A DNA stretch of 63,989 nucleotides, counting the filler, from Rhabdomonas costata (lineage: Eukaryota), in NCBI GenBank assembly GCA_019059605.1. It is 20 parts of 20 records of this genome, joined end to end, with 100 filler letters (N's around TTAATTAATTAA, not from the genome) between each part and the next. Parts side by side here need not be neighbours in the genome. Positions count along the whole stretch, not along the records: positions 35,294 to 38,415 come from JAHMHO010001368.1; positions 38,516 to 41,621 come from JAHMHO010001369.1; positions 41,722 to 44,826 come from JAHMHO010001370.1; positions 44,927 to 48,030 come from JAHMHO010001371.1; positions 48,131 to 51,238 come from JAHMHO010001372.1; positions 51,339 to 54,443 come from JAHMHO010001373.1; 14 more parts are not named here. The stretch is one strand, 5' to 3'. The notes beneath the pieces were generated by a model. It was given only the letters and a program-made list of their open reading frames with translations, did not search any database and was not told where the DNA came from. Shown in pieces: positions 37,611 through 51,761 of the stretch. Made by a program: the position numbers and the translations under genes. Numbering within the stretch: position 1 is the stretch's first letter; each line of letters starts with the position of its first letter.

Positions 37611-40202
37611 TTAGGCTGGGGCCTGATGACCATCTTAACAACATTTGTTCCTAAACGGGAGTGGGAGCGCTTCTCCCAGCATATCTCACCCAAAATCTCC
37701 CCAACTACAGTCCTAAACTGAATGTACTGGCATTATTTCTAAAAAGTAGAATACATCAATACTTATAGCAATAAAGTCAACACATTAAAGACGCACACTA
37801 ACAAATACTCAGCCGTCATTAAAATTTTCCTACTTGCGTTCCTTTGTTCTGTGTGTGCTGTCTCTTTTTGGCCATCTGTTTGAATACGCACTTTATGTTT
37901 TATTGAAGACTGTAATTTTTCACAAGTCGAGATTGATACCCTTCTTGCCCTGAAAAGGTGTAAAGAAAATTGAACTCATCGTTTGATAGGAGTTTCTAAC
38001 TTTGGGTTTGATAAAGAATCAGAATTTAGTGAAATCACACAAGTTTGACACAATCTCACACAAACGTGGATTTGCCGCTGCCGATCGCCAGAGCGAGAGT
38101 GGCGACGTGGGTGGCAGGATTCTCGTGCGCCTGCTTTTGTGCGCAGAGTGCTGTACTCGGGCTTCCATTTGCCACGGGGTCAGTTTCTGCGCGTACTCGT
38201 TCGCTGAAGATATTTCCCTTTCGTTTTGTTGTCTTCGCGCGTGTTTGCATGTGGAAACTGGAAAGCGATCACACACACGGCGCCTTGGCGCGGTGTGCTG
38301 TGGCGTGTCCTTGTGCTGCTTGTTCTGCACACCTGTTGGTTTTTTGGCGCGTACACGGTGCTGCTGTTCGTGCTGGACGACACGAAGGGCAGCACCGTGT
38401 ACGCGCCAAAAACCCNNNNNNNNNNNNNNNNNNNNNNNNNNNNNNNNNNNNNNNNNNNNTTAATTAATTAANNNNNNNNNNNNNNNNNNNNNNNNNNNNN
38501 NNNNNNNNNNNNNNNCGCACATTTCGCGGGGTTCTTTGTCACTAAACGAATATAGCCCCATTGCCAAGCCCGCAACTCCAAGACGTTCTTCTCCAGCATG
38601 AACCGCAGTACCCGGGGCCCGGGGCGACAAGGGTCCAGGAAATGTTTGGGAAAGAAAAGGCGCGCGAGGGCGGGCGCGGGGCAGAACAAAAACTACTGGA
38701 AGGTCCGGCCAAGCTTTTGGAGAAGAGGTCGACTGGGAAGCGGCAACAGAGCGGGAAACACTGCCGGAATCCTATCTGTTTCGGAGCGTGCCAAGCGGAG
38801 GATTAAATATTATCTCCAAAAGGCAATCAAGAAGAATAACCGCAATTAGTGGAACTTAGCATTGCCCAGGAAATGGAACCGATATAAAATAGATGAAAAA
38901 ACACAAACAACCTTTAAGCGACCGTCGGCACTTCATATGGGACCACCCTACAGTTTGTTTTTGCCTTTACGTAAAATCTGATCGGAGTTCATTGAACCCT
39001 TGCCCATTAAAAAAATCGCAAACAAAGTCCGAAGCGGTCGTTGATCATTGCCAAACGGGCGGCAATGGTAAACAGAGCCTAAGTACCCAACCGGGAGAAC
39101 ATCACAACCCATCCACCCGCTTCGGCCGCGTCGGGGTTTTGCCTTCGCGGCAGCAACGGCAATTCCAAAACAACCACCACCCGTAAGCAAAATACGGGTG
39201 CTGAGCGTTTAGCACCGCAAAACCATCAGCAAGTCCCGAAAGGGAGTGAGTGGGACGATCGGCCCGGTTTTGTGGGTCCAATGCAGATCTTTGTGGGGCT
39301 GTTGTCCGGCTCTACTTCCTAAGAGGCCAAGGTCAAGGACAAGGCGAAGATGGCTCTGCACGGTGTAGGGATGAATTTGCAAACGGAATGACCGTTGAAT
39401 CGGGGGGGGGGGCGCTAAACGTTTAGCATTGCCGCACTACCGCATCCGAAACACTGCGCAGGGGGCGGCAGCTGTGGTGTGGTCGTGGGCCGCAGGCAGG
39501 CGCACTTACAGCCTGCACTACTCGCCACCGCCCTTAATCGGCCAGCTCCCTTACGAACTCTCTCGCCTCAGCCACTCCCCAGTTTTTCCATTTTTTAAAG
39601 CTACTTTCATTACGGAAGCATAAAGACCACCGCCACGCCCAACAGGCCTTCCCTTGTTTTACCGGAAGATTTGGTTCCCACTACATGAGTATATTTTCTA
39701 AGGCCCAAGGCGAAACTGACTTTCCGAAAGAATGCCAACACAACAGAAGGACCACGGGACAAGCATCTGTACACAGCACACAAACGACAAAGCTCAACGG
39801 CACCACCATGCAAACCCGGCAGGTGACCCTGCAGTGGGCAGCACAGCAGCAGAAGGGCACATGAAAAAACAGCCCAAAAGGAAAGGAAACAAAAAGGCGG
39901 AAACCATCCCGCGATGACCTGCTGGGCATTCACTTTTCCAAAAACATTCCAAGCTTTCAGCAGCACCGCAACGAAACAGGCATCTGCACACGGCCTGCAA
40001 ACAACAAAAGCAGGAGGCACCGATACTACCACCAAAAGCAAACCAGCAGGTGACCGGGGGCAGCGAAGCGGTGGAGGGGCAGACGTGAAAACCCCTAAAG
40101 AGGGAAACGGCACCCACTCCGGTGAGGCAAGGCCATGCAGGCAAAGCTATGGACCTGGAGAGAGCGGCCCAACGAACACAGGCCTTGCCTCGAGCTCATT
40201 CA

Positions 40203-40695
40203 AAAAGGAGGGAAGGAAGGACAACCCAAGGAATAGGGAAAATCGGGAACCATGAGGTGCGCCGAGAGTAGCGGGGAGAAAGAAATCTGAAGAGACTGAG
40301 TGATGGCGAAGGGAGAGAGGGGGACAAAGGGTGGTGAGCTTCTGTCCAATGTGCGGGGAACGACCAGCGCTTTGGCAATGGAAGCGGAGGCGCGGGGGAC
40401 GGACCCCAAAAGGACAACACACAGCTCAGGGGAACCAAAGAATACTCGTCAACAGAAAGAGGCGAGGCCCCATGGGCTATTTTCCTGGCTGCTATAACTG
40501 CATCAGAGCGGTGAGCCGTGTAGAGGTTACGGCGGCGAAACAAAAAGAAAAGAAACGGGACCTACACCTTCGCACAGAGCAGGAAGCAAAGGAAGGAAGG
40601 AAAGACAACCCAAGCAAGGGAACATCGGGAACCGTGAGGTGCGCCGATAGAAGCGGGGAGAAGTCTTCGGAGACTGAGGGAAGGGGGGACAAAGG
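40203..40695 (+). repeat. Diverged ~110-bp purine-rich direct repeat (40203-40330 and 40588-40695)
   Basis: GACAACCCAAG...ATCGGGAACC(A/G)TGAGGTGCGCCGA..AGCGGGGAGAA...GAGACTGAG...GGGGACAAAGG occurs in both copies. Confidence 0.8.
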
Positions 40696-41721
40696 GCAAG
40701 AACAAAGAAGAAGAGAAGAAAGGAAAAGGAAAGAGCCCGCCGAATTATGTGGTGGTGGCACTGTGTGGCTTTTGCGTTGTTTTCTGCTCATGCCCTCAAA
40801 AATAGATTGCTTCCCAAGATTTTTTATTGCTTCCCCCCTCACTCTCTCAGCAATTCCGCGGTACTGCTCAAGCTGACGCGGTTCTGCTGTCAGCACGAAA
40901 GGCTGCGGTCTGAAGTCGGGGTCTCACCACTCCGGGCACGGGTGCGAACTCATCCCCCTCGCTCCACTCTCTCCACCTCACTGCTCTGACCTGATGTGGT
41001 GCCAGGAGTGAGTTCCTCGCAACATATCTATTGGCGCCCTATTTCCCCAATCTGCCGCCAGGCAGTGTCATTCTCGATATTCTCGATGGAATGGGTGCGA
41101 CGTGTAAGTATACGTGTGTTGTTGTGGTGTATGTGTGTGGGCATCTTCCTTGTTTCTCTGTTGTGCGCCGCTGCCGAAACGGATGTGTGTTATGCGATAC
41201 TGCACTGCTCGCATTTCATGCAAAATGTCCCTGCCTCTTAGGAACGACATTGTTTTGCATCTCCAAGATCGTTGGCATCTTCATTTCCATCTATTTTTTT
41301 CTTGCCTGCCTGCCTCGTTTTTTCTATTGCACGGCTGTTCCATGCGGAGGACCCTTGACGCCACGCGTCCTCATTTGATTTATTTGTGTTACCCGAGTAT
41401 GTCATTCCTGCTATTTTTTGTATCTCCTAGATCGCCCATTGAGGTGGCTGTGTGGTTTTTATTCTGTTTGTCGTATTTGTCGTGTTCTCGAACTCTAGCC
41501 ATGAAATACGTTTGTTCAGCTTTGCATTATATGTATGGTGGGCCGTTGCCACCACAAGGCCGGGGCAGTGTCAGCGAGCAGTGCGCGCACGGCAGCATTG
41601 GGGGTGGAGGCACCAACACCANNNNNNNNNNNNNNNNNNNNNNNNNNNNNNNNNNNNNNNNNNNNTTAATTAATTAANNNNNNNNNNNNNNNNNNNNNNN
41701 NNNNNNNNNNNNNNNNNNNNN

Positions 41722-44289
41722 GGGGTTTGGGTATGATGGAGGAGCGCCACGTGCTGTATAAGCAGCTTGGCGCGGGCTTCTTCCCGCCCTCTGCCCATAC
41801 CTTGGCCAAGGCTTTCGTTGAGGTGGGCGAGCTGTGTTGCTGTTGTTCTTTTTTTCGTGCATGCGAGTGGTGGGTAACGGAATTCAAGTAATAAACCTTG
41901 ATTGATTGATTGAAGTGGAATGAAACTTGAAAATGGCCTCTCAGAAGATCAGGCATGCTGTAAATCGATTCTTTTCTGTGGACCTTTTCAGGCCATCCAA
42001 AGAACAATTCCGAGTCTCAGATTGCCCTCTGCAGATGCGTGCCTGTAACGTCGAATGAGACCCGTTATCCCACTCTGAATGTTCGTCAAAAGTTGTGCGG
42101 ATTGGAGAGGGTAAATTCGGCATCAGCCCGTGCTCCGGGGGGGTCCCCAGATCCCGCAGATTTTTATCGAGGTGGTCCTCCATGTGACCTTTGTGTACTG
42201 GATGTCTGGGCTAGCCCCAGAAGTTAGCCGGTACCTCTTCTTCATCTTGGTGGCCTTTGCGACCAACCTGGCAATGACGACCTTCTTTGAGGTCACCGCC
42301 ACGGTGTTTTCCAGCGTTCCCGAGGCTGAGGTCCGCGCCTCCAGATGCCCATTATTTTCTGATTATCACCTTCCATCCCGCCGCCCACAAGAATGCACCA
42401 CCAGTTCGTCAAAGCCCAGTCGGAGCTATTCGGTGCGGCGGTCTCTCGACCTGATGTCTGGAAGATAGCGCGGCCTCGAATGAACGAATGGCATCCGGAG
42501 GGTATGGAGGGTATGCGATTCTAACGGAACGTGCTGTAAAACACGAGGACGGAAGATAGTGCAGTCTGTAGTGCCGCACTGGGCTGCTTTTCTTTGATCT
42601 ATGGATCAGATCGTTTCCGCCCCCACCCCACCTAACCCTAACCAACCCCTTGGCTCGTTCCCATCGCGAGGTGGGAACCGCACAGAAACACTCGTGGTTG
42701 TTTATCATGCCTCTGATCAAAAGGATACACACGAGAAGATACGCGATAAGCATTTGTCAGCGGCGCATCCTTTTGGACTCTGGCACATGTTGAAGCGGCA
42801 TACTTTTCTATATGAACCCCCCACCCTCCCGACCACCTCCACACTACATCTACATACAGGGAATCTGCTCCTTCTCTGTGATGCTCATGTTGCTCTTCTG
42901 CGGGTACGTCATCCCGAAGGCCAAGATCCAATCCTACTTCCTGTGGTTCTACTGGCTCTCCCCTCTGTCCTACGCCTACCAGGCCGTCTGCCTCAACGAG
43001 TTCAAGGCCGACATCCACTCCACCTTGGTCTACACCAACTCCTCCTCCACCCCGGTCACCCAAGGAGACCTGTACTTGCAGCTCAATGGCATTACCACGG
43101 ACCCCACGATGCGGTGGATCGGGGTCCTGTATGTATTTGGGTTCTACGGGATAATGCTGGTGGTGCTGTACCTCACCACTCGGTTCGTCCGTTGGCCAGA
43201 GAAGTTCGAGGGGGAGCCAGAAGCCGCGGTGTCGACCGCCGCAGCCTCCCCTTCCCTCGTCGCCCCGGCCACAGCGGTGGTAGCGGGGGACCCGGAGAGG
43301 GGAGGCACGGCGGGCAATACCGCAGATGCGGTGGTTTCCGGGGTGGAGCAGTACACGCTCTCCTTTCACAACATCTCCTACAAGGTGCGTGTGATGTCAA
43401 ATTCTCTTACTCTCTCGCATACTCTTTCTCTTGCCTATCGCAGTTGAATAAAGGCGTAAAGGTGACTCTGTCCTATTAGCTGTTCACCTGTCCCAATTGC
43501 ACGGAGCGTGTCGCGTTACCACACACAAGTGTTTGCCTCGTTTTGCTTCGCTTCGTGACCCTTCTGCTCTGCAGCTGGTTGCATTTGATATGAACTGGCT
43601 CCACTGGTGCTCACCTCCCCATTCCGCGAGTGACAGGATGTCTCTCCGGTGACCTTATCTGCACAAAGCCTGATCAGTCTCTTGACAATTTACAATGCAA
43701 ATCAATCGAAGCAGCCCTTCGCTAATCCCACAGGTCGGTTTGGTCTGCTCTACTGGGCTCGACATGAACCCTTGAGGCAAGGCCGCCTCCCTTGACCAAG
43801 ATGCGCTGCGAAGATAGTTGGATCATCTGGTCAGCAGCTTCAGCTGAGCTGGGAAGCTGTTGGCCCTTTGTTTCAAGCGAAACCGGGCAACTAAGTGTGC
43901 CCTTTACGGGTTCCCCTTGCTGACACGCTGACACGTTGCATTTCCCGAAGCCAGGTACCAGAGCAAGAGAGCCCCAAAATAACGTACACCCTGCGCCTAG
44001 CTGCGAACATATTACCTCGAGTTTGTGATAACCATCTGACCTCTGCCGGGATTTCCCTCTTGAAGGTTGACCTTCCTGGACAAAGCGGCCGCTACAACCT
44101 GACCTTGCTCAACGACGTCAGCGGCTTCGCCAAGCCCGGCACGGTGACCGCCCTAATGGGCAGCAGCGGCGCAGGCAAGACCACCCTGCTGGATGTGCTG
44201 GCCGGGCGGAAGACCACGGGGAAGATCACTGGGGACATCCTGCTGAACGGGCGAACGATAAGCGCAGTGGAGTTTGGGCGGATCTCCGG
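41722..44289 (+). CDS. Full-size ABCG/PDR transporter, internal part (TMD1 to NBD2); exons 41722-41822, 42151-42330, 42860-43384, 44066-44289
   Basis: [14 protein letters not shown]..., [50 protein letters not shown] and [39 protein letters not shown] (Walker A). All introns are GT-AG and in phase. Confidence 0.95.
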
Positions 44290-45503
44290 GTCTGCTGTAC
44301 CTGCCGTGAAAATCCACATCCAGCTGCCCGAAACAACCGTCGCGGCAGACCGCCCTTTTCTCTTTGCTCGGGCAGAGTACCTGCAAACACACAGAGGCCT
44401 TTGCAGAATCATCGCGGCGTAGTACACCAGGAAACACGTAGTACTCTAGGAAATTTCGGATGCTTTGAGGGAGTTGAGGAAGCAATGGTAGAAGCCAAAA
44501 ATGGTCAGCTCTACTTTTGTGTGTGCGCAGGAAAACGGACGAGAGCCATGAAGCGCGCTTTGGCCGCGGCCCCAGGGGCCAGTGAGCACAGTACACACGC
44601 ACTGCCGTATGTTTTTGAGCGTCCGCAGCACATAAATGACAGTGAAGTGAGCACTGTGGTCACAACCTCAGGAATCGACAGAGTGGCAGAGTTTAGCGAC
44701 GCAGCCCTCGAATCAGGCTGGCTTTGCGCTCAACACGCACACATGGACACGCACCTCTGTGTTGTTGGCCTTCTTCAGCATGAAAGTTGGTGACCTTATG
44801 CTGACAGAATACGCCGCTTCTCCCCANNNNNNNNNNNNNNNNNNNNNNNNNNNNNNNNNNNNNNNNNNNNTTAATTAATTAANNNNNNNNNNNNNNNNNN
44901 NNNNNNNNNNNNNNNNNNNNNNNNNNGTGTGTGTCTTAGCCTGCACTCACTAGATGATGTTATGTTAGCAAAAGGGGATTAGTTCGACTGCCCCCTATCT
45001 GCCGATTTTTTAAGTTTAAAAAATTTCGACTGTTTAACCCCCCCAAAAAAAAATACAACAGCTCCCATTTTACCTGATGTTAAACCCGCTCCGCCCTCTT
45101 GCTGTGAGCGACAATAGGTTTGAGCAGAGGAGAGAAGAGTGGAGAGTCTTTCGAGGGAGCGAACTCTGAAACGAGAGAGGGAAGGAGATAGAGTAATTTT
45201 GTTTCGATAAAAAGTGAATGATGAATGAGTTCCCCCAGTGCAAGACTAGATTTTTGGGGACATTGGGTTTTTTGGTTTGCTTCTTTGTGATGGAGTCCTG
45301 CCGTACTGAGTGTATCTAAATTCGTGAATGAGTTCCTTTTTTGTTTTCTCGTCTTTCGCGCGGGCGGGCGTGTGTGGAAACACGAAATTAATCTTACACT
45401 CACACACACACTTAACACACACTTCAGAGAGGTTAAGTTATATCGCTGGGTGAATTGCATTGACTTGCTTAAGACTCGGATTTCTGTCTTTTTCTTTTTC
45501 CAG

Positions 45504-45924
45504 TACTTCGAGCTCCTGGTTCGCAATGTATGGCACCTCAGCGGAGGCCAGGGGCCCGCCGCCAACACCAGCTGCTTGCGTGTGCCCGTTGTCTTCAAGG
45601 TGCGCAATGTCCGTCCGGAAACTTGGAGTTTTTCCCCTTTCTTTCACAAATTCTGAAAGTTGGCTGTGTGCTCTGAACGAGTGATACCTGGTGGTAGGCT
45701 TCGACTGTCGGGTCTCTGAGGAATATAGCGGGAAGCGGGAAGGAGGCTGCGGCTGTTGGGAGGGGGTGGTCGATATTGGGTGTGTGGGGCGGTTTCAGAA
45801 CGGAACGCAGGCCGTTGCTGAGGTCAAGAACGACCTCGGTGTGCGACGCACAGACAAAGCGACCATCCTAAAAATGCTCACCGAGTATCAGGGCCTCAGT
45901 GATGTTGCTCGGGTGCAGTTGTGA
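45504..45924 (+). CDS. Calcyphosin-like EF-hand protein, last two exons 45504-45599 and 45799-45924
   Basis: YFELLVRNVWHLSGGQGPAANTSCLRVPVVFK|NGTQAVAEVKNDLGV...QGL..* matches the protist calcyphosin-like C-terminus YFELMIRNAWHISGGEG..ANT..RVLV...G...V.E+.NDLG. Confidence 0.78.
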
Positions 45925-46805
45925 GGTTGGGAATGGGCCACGCGCCCCACCCGGCAGTGTACCACGGTCTCCCTTTCTTTCGGCTCCTTTCGTCGATGTT
46001 GCACAATCCTTTCCGGGATGAAGGCATTGCTTTTGTGTCACTCGAGAAGGCTCTCCTCTCGATTCACAATGCCGTGCATGTTCTGTGAATGTCCAGAATT
46101 TAAGTTGTATGTGGGTTTCAGGTTTCCTTCCGTGGGTGTACAGTGTGTTCTCGAGAACGGATGCAAAGAGAGCGCGCGCTTCCAGATGCTGCTGACGTGT
46201 GTGCATGTTTATGATGAGCACCGCTTGTGGTTGGCATTTCTGGTGTTCACTGGAGAAATGGGAGCAGGAACTTGTGGAACGAATTCAGCTCTATGCGGTC
46301 CGTAGCCGAGATTTCGCAGTGTTGCTTTCCTGAGCCAACTGAATCCCACAACATCAGCAAGTCGTTGTTGTCCAATTTAGCCACTTCAGTGCTTCTCAGA
46401 GCACGTTGCCTCGTGGGCCTGCAGCATGAAGTTCTGGTTGCTTTGTGTCCGGCAAGGCAATGTTGTCACTATTATATTATTAGGTCATTATTTTTGTCAT
46501 GACACGTTCACCGTATCGTAAGTTAGGGAACTCGTTTGTGCAAAGTGTTACAGCCTCTTTTCCACAAAGACGTGGTGGGCAACGCTGCCCAAGGCTGCCG
46601 ATGAACGCTCTGTGTTTCCGTCATTCAGCCACTCTTCATATTACTCCCCTTTCGTCCTTTTGCTTTCTTGAGAATTGTCCATACTTTGACGTTCCGCTAG
46701 AGTTCAGCGCGTTCTTCTCTTCTTCTTCGTCGTCCTCTTCCTCTTCCTCTCCGTCCTCTCCTCGCCGTCACTGCCGCTTCCGTTGGTTGCACTACTGACG
46801 GGAAA

Positions 46806-47582
46806 ATGCCTCGATCTATCCCGAAGACTGTGGAGGAGCTGGTGTGATGCTTACTTAGCCATTGCGGTTGTGCTAGGTTAACTATCGGTCGCAGGGTGCC
46901 ACGAATGTGCGTCAGCGTATGCGTTTACCACTACTCCACTACTCCACTACTCCGGCACACCCCATTGGTCGGGGAGGGGGGGGGTTCCATGCAAAACCCG
47001 CAATCTCGCCCTTAAATTGCCCTATGAAAGCACGGTGCCGCTGTGTACTGATTTGGGAAAATGAGCCTGAAGAGGGGGTACGCAATGAAGTTTTTTTTTG
47101 AAGAAACCGAACAAGGAGCGTCAGCTTTGAAGCAGAGAGGTGGTGGGGTAACTTGTTTACTGCCAACTAACTTCCATAGAAAGATAAGAATAGTCCCCCA
47201 TGAGGGATATTATTGCTCCATGAGATCGACTGGTTGCAACGGTAATGGGGCATGAGAATGTGCCAAATGAATGAGCGTCGTACAAACGAAGTATGTGATA
47301 GAGTTGGTCTCTTCTGCAATCATGATCGCGATACGCCTGGGAGCTCCCCGGCTACATGGAAAGGAGAATTCTGCGGCTGTCGGATCATTCGTTGAGCAGG
47401 GGCGAAGGGAAATCGAATCAAGCAATGGTACGGCCGCGGATCGACTGTGTTCTCTTCCGCGGCAGATGGGTGCAAAGCTTGGCCATGTGCTGCTGGCCCT
47501 GGGCAAGGACAAGCAGCAGATCGCTGTTTGCTCACCCACCACCACTGTCGGCGAGGCGTTGAAAACCATGGCGGAGAGGAAT
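46806..47582 (+). CDS. Putative CBS-domain protein, first exons 46806-46841 and 47466-47582
   Basis: MPRSIPKTVEEL|MGAKLGHVLLALGKDKQQIAVCSPTTTVGEALKTMAERN, the start of a CBS motif. Phase-0 GT-AG intron, with a long pyrimidine tract upstream of the ATG. Confidence 0.6.
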
Positions 47583-50500
47583 GTGCCCACCCACCGCACT
47601 AACACTGACGCGCTCACGCACTCGCGCTTTCTTTCCGTTCTCAGTCAAGTGGGCGCTAGCTTTGGTAGTGGTAGCCGTTACATCACACAATCGTAACAAT
47701 ATAATGATTGAAAACTCACAGGACAAAAGAAGAATGAATTATGATGCCGAGTTTCCGGGTGTGAGAAGTGCGATATTTTTCATTCACAAAATTGTTGGGG
47801 TTTCAAAGATTTGACACTTCCATGATATTACTTTGAAAGGAGAGGTGCGGTGGCGATTAGACCTATTTTCTATGCTGAATTAGTTTTGGCGATGTTTTGT
47901 CAGGATTCTCTTTGTCTGCAAAGAACGCTCTCTACTTCGTTGTCCTTAGGTGCACCCTCTCCTTTCAAAGTAATATCATGGAAGTGTCAAATCTTTGAAA
48001 CCCCAACAATTTTGTGAATGAAAACCACACNNNNNNNNNNNNNNNNNNNNNNNNNNNNNNNNNNNNNNNNNNNNTTAATTAATTAANNNNNNNNNNNNNN
48101 NNNNNNNNNNNNNNNNNNNNNNNNNNNNNNGTGGTGGTGGAGGCGCGTGCGCGTTTTGGGTTTCCTCTGGGGCTCGTTTCCACCAGGGGGGCGCCACGGA
48201 AGCCCCAGGATTTGACATGCCATAAGCGTCTTCGGCGCTTTTCGTGATTAAAATCACGTGCAATTGAACATGTTTCGGGGGGACCCGACACATCAACGAT
48301 CAGCCCGCAGAACACTTTTTATCCCTGCTGCCATGTCTTGGTTTGTTGCCAGCATGAACCCGCCTGGTTGTTTGTGGATTTGCCGTTTGTCGTTGGGCTG
48401 CTCATGGTGGTCCCCGTCCCCGGACTATTGAATCACGGAATTATTGAATCACGACGAATTGGACAGAGTAGAATAGATCCAGATCGGTCTAATTGCTTGA
48501 CAAAATAAGCTGGGCTTTTATCATAGCACCCATTCTCTACCATTCGGCCGCTGCTCTGGAGGAAATCCAAATGCCATTTGCAAAAGTATTGTTGAGGCAA
48601 TTCTTCCGCGTGTTTTTGTACCTAGTGTTTTTTGTTCTTCGCAGGAAACAACCTGCAGTTAACGCAAAGTTGCAGAAAGTTGTTTTTATTTGCAGCTTGG
48701 AACCCCAGAGTCACTGAAAGCTCGTATTTCGTGTGGTCTAACATGTTAAGTGTAAAATAAACTGTGTTGATCATGATGAATTCAGCAGTTAATAAATGAG
48801 TTTGCAATTTCTCAAACTGAACGTGGACTGGAATTATATTTAAACACAATTAACGCAGAAATATCCCTAGAGTCCAATGACCAGTAAAAATTAACAGTCA
48901 ACAGCTTTATCGATAAAATAGTCAACTTTTTCAAAACTTTGGACTTAGGCTCCACGATGTAATCACTAATCAATGGATGCCTCCAGACGCTCCACACGCT
49001 TCGGCGATTGCCCAAAGGAACCCTGAACTTATCGCCACAAACCCCGAGGACACACACACAGGTGGATGTGGTACATAGTGTTACCGCAAATGCAGCTACT
49101 TTTCTGCTTCTATAAAACATATGGTACGCAATAACATCTCAATGCTTCAAACGATGGCCATACTTAAAATTCTCAGCGCACTAGCAGTAGAATAACTATG
49201 GCAGAGAGAAAACATCTGCGGTATGTTTTGGCTACACGGCAGATAATTGTTCATTACTGTTACACTGCCTTACACGATAAATGGAAAGCTGTCCACAGTA
49301 ACAGTGTGGCACTTGCCTATCTTCAGAGGTTGATTACTGAAATCACGTGGTTTGGAGTTTCTGATTCTTCGCCACACAAATAAATTGACGTTTTCATCTG
49401 GATGCACATAAAATACCACGTCTGGTGTAGACGCCAAGTTTGATCGACAGGCTGAGGATTGCCGTTTCTTACGTCCAAGTGGCCACTTTTATGGTAGTCC
49501 TATACAACACTGCACTTTCATGTGGCGATTACAAACACTAGGGCGTTGTACTCATGGAGACTTTCCTACCACTTGTGTCACCTCGTGATCATACGTATAC
49601 CGTGTGAATTGTATTGCGTAACATCTGCTCAGTAAACACACCTTTTAGAACCTCAGGTTGTCATCAACACTTGGTACAGTGTGCAAAAATTGCACAGATT
49701 ACCAGCTGCAACCGATTATCTCTGGAAGTTTCAAAAAAATGTAAATTGGGTTAATTTACACGGAACAACAGTACAGTTGTAGACTGAAAAACAAATTATA
49801 CACACAGCTACGCCAAAGAACCCATGTGAATGATCGGCTCAATCTGCGCACCATAACACCGCAGAAAATATCCCGCAGTTACACTATGTAAATGCGCAAC
49901 GACAAAAAGCAGAGCTAGAACTCACCGAAATCTATGCAATTGATTTCATGACGCATTCCATACACACTAGTCATAGATACAGAATGATGGTGAGTTATCA
50001 CAAGAGTCTACTTATGCTACCGTAATTAGTGAACAATATTTACACTTCTAATGCGCAGATTAAGAATTCAAACATGTACAAAAATACTACAACCAATGCA
50101 CCAACCAATACCACAATCTGAACCAATATGCGCCATCTAAAATAAATCTATGACTGATGAACCAACTGACAAAACCACTGGCTAAAATAAGGTAAGGTAA
50201 GGTAAGGTCCTGATTTACGTATACATGCAATTTTCATTTTTATAATGTCTTGATTCAATAAGCTGATGAAAATGGTGCCTAACACAAATAACATTCATTG
50301 CTACAGTGCATGCTCTAATGCAACAAATGAGACAAAAAGGCCTCAGAATAACATACACCAATGTGTACCAATGTGGGACCAAAATATGCACAAATATCCA
50401 GTAAAACATGCGCTATTTTTGTGGATCACATAAATGATGATCATAAATGATGCATTATATCTCCAATAACGTAATGAAAATTATAATTACTGTTTTGTAG

Positions 50501-51761
50501 CAACAAGATCACTGGAAACTTGCTTTACGTGATAAAATGAAATAAAATGTGATAAAAATTACAACATCATACACCGCAAACTGAAACTTTACAACCGTGC
50601 TTGTTCATCAGTATATAGCATAAACAACAAGATACGGCATAAAAACACGCCAAAAAGATTTCAATTTGAAACGCTACGGACTCAATTCTCTATTTCGGGT
50701 GTAACGAGGTTTCTAAAGCCTCCAAAAACTCCACACTATATTAACACGCATAGGGTTTGCGTTTTGTGTCCTTGGTGATTGTGCATGTGCGTGGTTTCTG
50801 AGATTGTTGTAGATTGTTAATTAAATTTGGCTTAAGGGGTTCAGTGAATTTCGTGAACCGATGGAGTTGAAGTGCATTTTGCTTCTGAAGTTTCACGTAT
50901 GTACATTGTTGAGGGCTATCCACTTTGGAACACAAACTCGCCATAAAAACCCGCCTACGTCCTAGGAGGAGGCTGCCATTTAATGTAATTGGATGTATTG
51001 GCTCCGTCATGAGGATTGCACAGAAATTTAAAGAATAGTGCATGGCCTGGTAAAGGATAAAGTCTGTCTTGCTACATGTATCTTCATAATTTGGTAACAA
51101 CAACCATCTCATATTACAGTTTTTGGTGCTTTCACTTCACATTTCACGGATGCTCAAACACCAGATCACAAACGTTCATTCTTCACCTTGTCCTAGAATG
51201 CTTTCCATCTGCGGAACACTAGATGGAGAAAACACACCNNNNNNNNNNNNNNNNNNNNNNNNNNNNNNNNNNNNNNNNNNNNTTAATTAATTAANNNNNN
51301 NNNNNNNNNNNNNNNNNNNNNNNNNNNNNNNNNNNNNNGGTTGTGTGGAGTGGAAGGATGGTTTTAAAAATGCGTAAAATAGGTACGTGCACACTACCCT
51401 TAAAGGGAGAGCTGAGTACTTAATATATTCGAATCTAAAGGAAGCCAATTCTGCTGACAGGGTCTGTAAGAAAAAGTTTTAGTCCAAATGATGGCTTTTG
51501 GTATAGCTTTTCCAACTCTCACTTTAAGGGTAGTGTGCACGTACCTATTTCACGCATTTTTAAAACCATCCTTCCACTCCACTGCAACCCATGAGCCCAC
51601 CATGTCACTCTATTTCCAGAACAAGCGATAAGCGATGTGAGGTAATCCTGAATGCCACCCGCGAAAGGAGAAACATGCTGAGGGCTGGGAAACGGCTTTC
51701 TTCGCTTGTTGCAAGGAAGCAAGAAGCCAAGCTCCAGGCTCCGCGAGGGCGGTGGACAGAC

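Noticed and set aside
42601..43479. 292-aa and 243-aa alternative-frame ORFs
   Set aside because: Off-frame and antisense shadows of a GC-rich ABCG exon.
48400..51238. AT-rich contig as organellar or contaminant DNA
   Set aside because: No long ORFs or RNA genes recognised; consistent with decayed nuclear repeats.
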